The notes below the pieces were generated by a model. The model was not told the origin of the DNA. It made no database searches and was given only the letters and a program-made list of their open reading frames with translations. The translations under genes were made by a program, and so were the position numbers. From assembly GCA_036172245.1 (NCBI GenBank), contig JAYWIR010000009.1, forward strand, positions 2,294,001 through 2,358,000: 64,000 nucleotides of DNA, written 5' to 3'. This DNA comes from Raillietiella orientalis (taxonomy: Eukaryota). The number at the start of each line of letters is the position of its first letter. The first letter of the stretch is position 1. Below, piece by piece: positions 63,801 to 64,000 of the stretch.

Positions 63801-64000
63801 CAAGCGATGGCGCGCTGCTTTCTAGCTTCCAGGCTTCAAAATCACGTAGACCGCAGACCGACGGGCTTTCCGAGTCTGGAGGATGCTACAAAACGCCGGA
63901 TTTCCGACCACGGTCCAGCTGTTTGTGTTCCATCTGAAACTCCTTGCAGTCTCTTTGCGTGGAATCTGGCAAGCAGTTGCTCGATCACCGTGAATTCTTT

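Noticed and set aside
1..64000. CRISPR array, operons or prokaryotic defence systems
   Set aside because: No regularly spaced repeats or gene-dense architecture. Microsatellites, splice signals and the TE families indicate animal nuclear DNA.

Overview
Eukaryotic (animal, probably invertebrate; species not identifiable) genomic DNA. I found no intact long protein-coding gene, rRNA, true tRNA or CRISPR array. Most of the window is heavily decayed transposon sequence, recognisable only by scattered peptide motifs across frameshifts. This includes about 18 piggyBac/PGBD-type transposase remnants on both strands, about 12 L1/Tx1-type LINE fragments, one mariner remnant with a fold-back, a probable Merlin/ISXO2 remnant, a possible RTE fragment and two tRNA-derived SINE heads. 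A decayed C2H2 zinc-finger array lies at about 35.3-36.9 kb. Several GC/CpG-rich promoter-like islands are interspersed (about 3-4.5, 6.3-7.1, 10.6-11, 12.5-13.8, 27.8-28.2, 34.3-35 and 52.4-52.7 kb). They carry ETS, CRE, YY1-like, RFX X-box or E2F motifs and canonical splice sites, which suggests short, possibly non-coding spliced transcripts. The best non-TE signals are a ~250-nt hairpin at 45.8-46.05 kb whose transitions all give G:U pairs on the + strand, and a bidirectional promoter with a plausible exon chain at 13.0-14.7 kb. All TE and pseudogene calls are by-eye motif recognition with approximate boundaries. No search was run.
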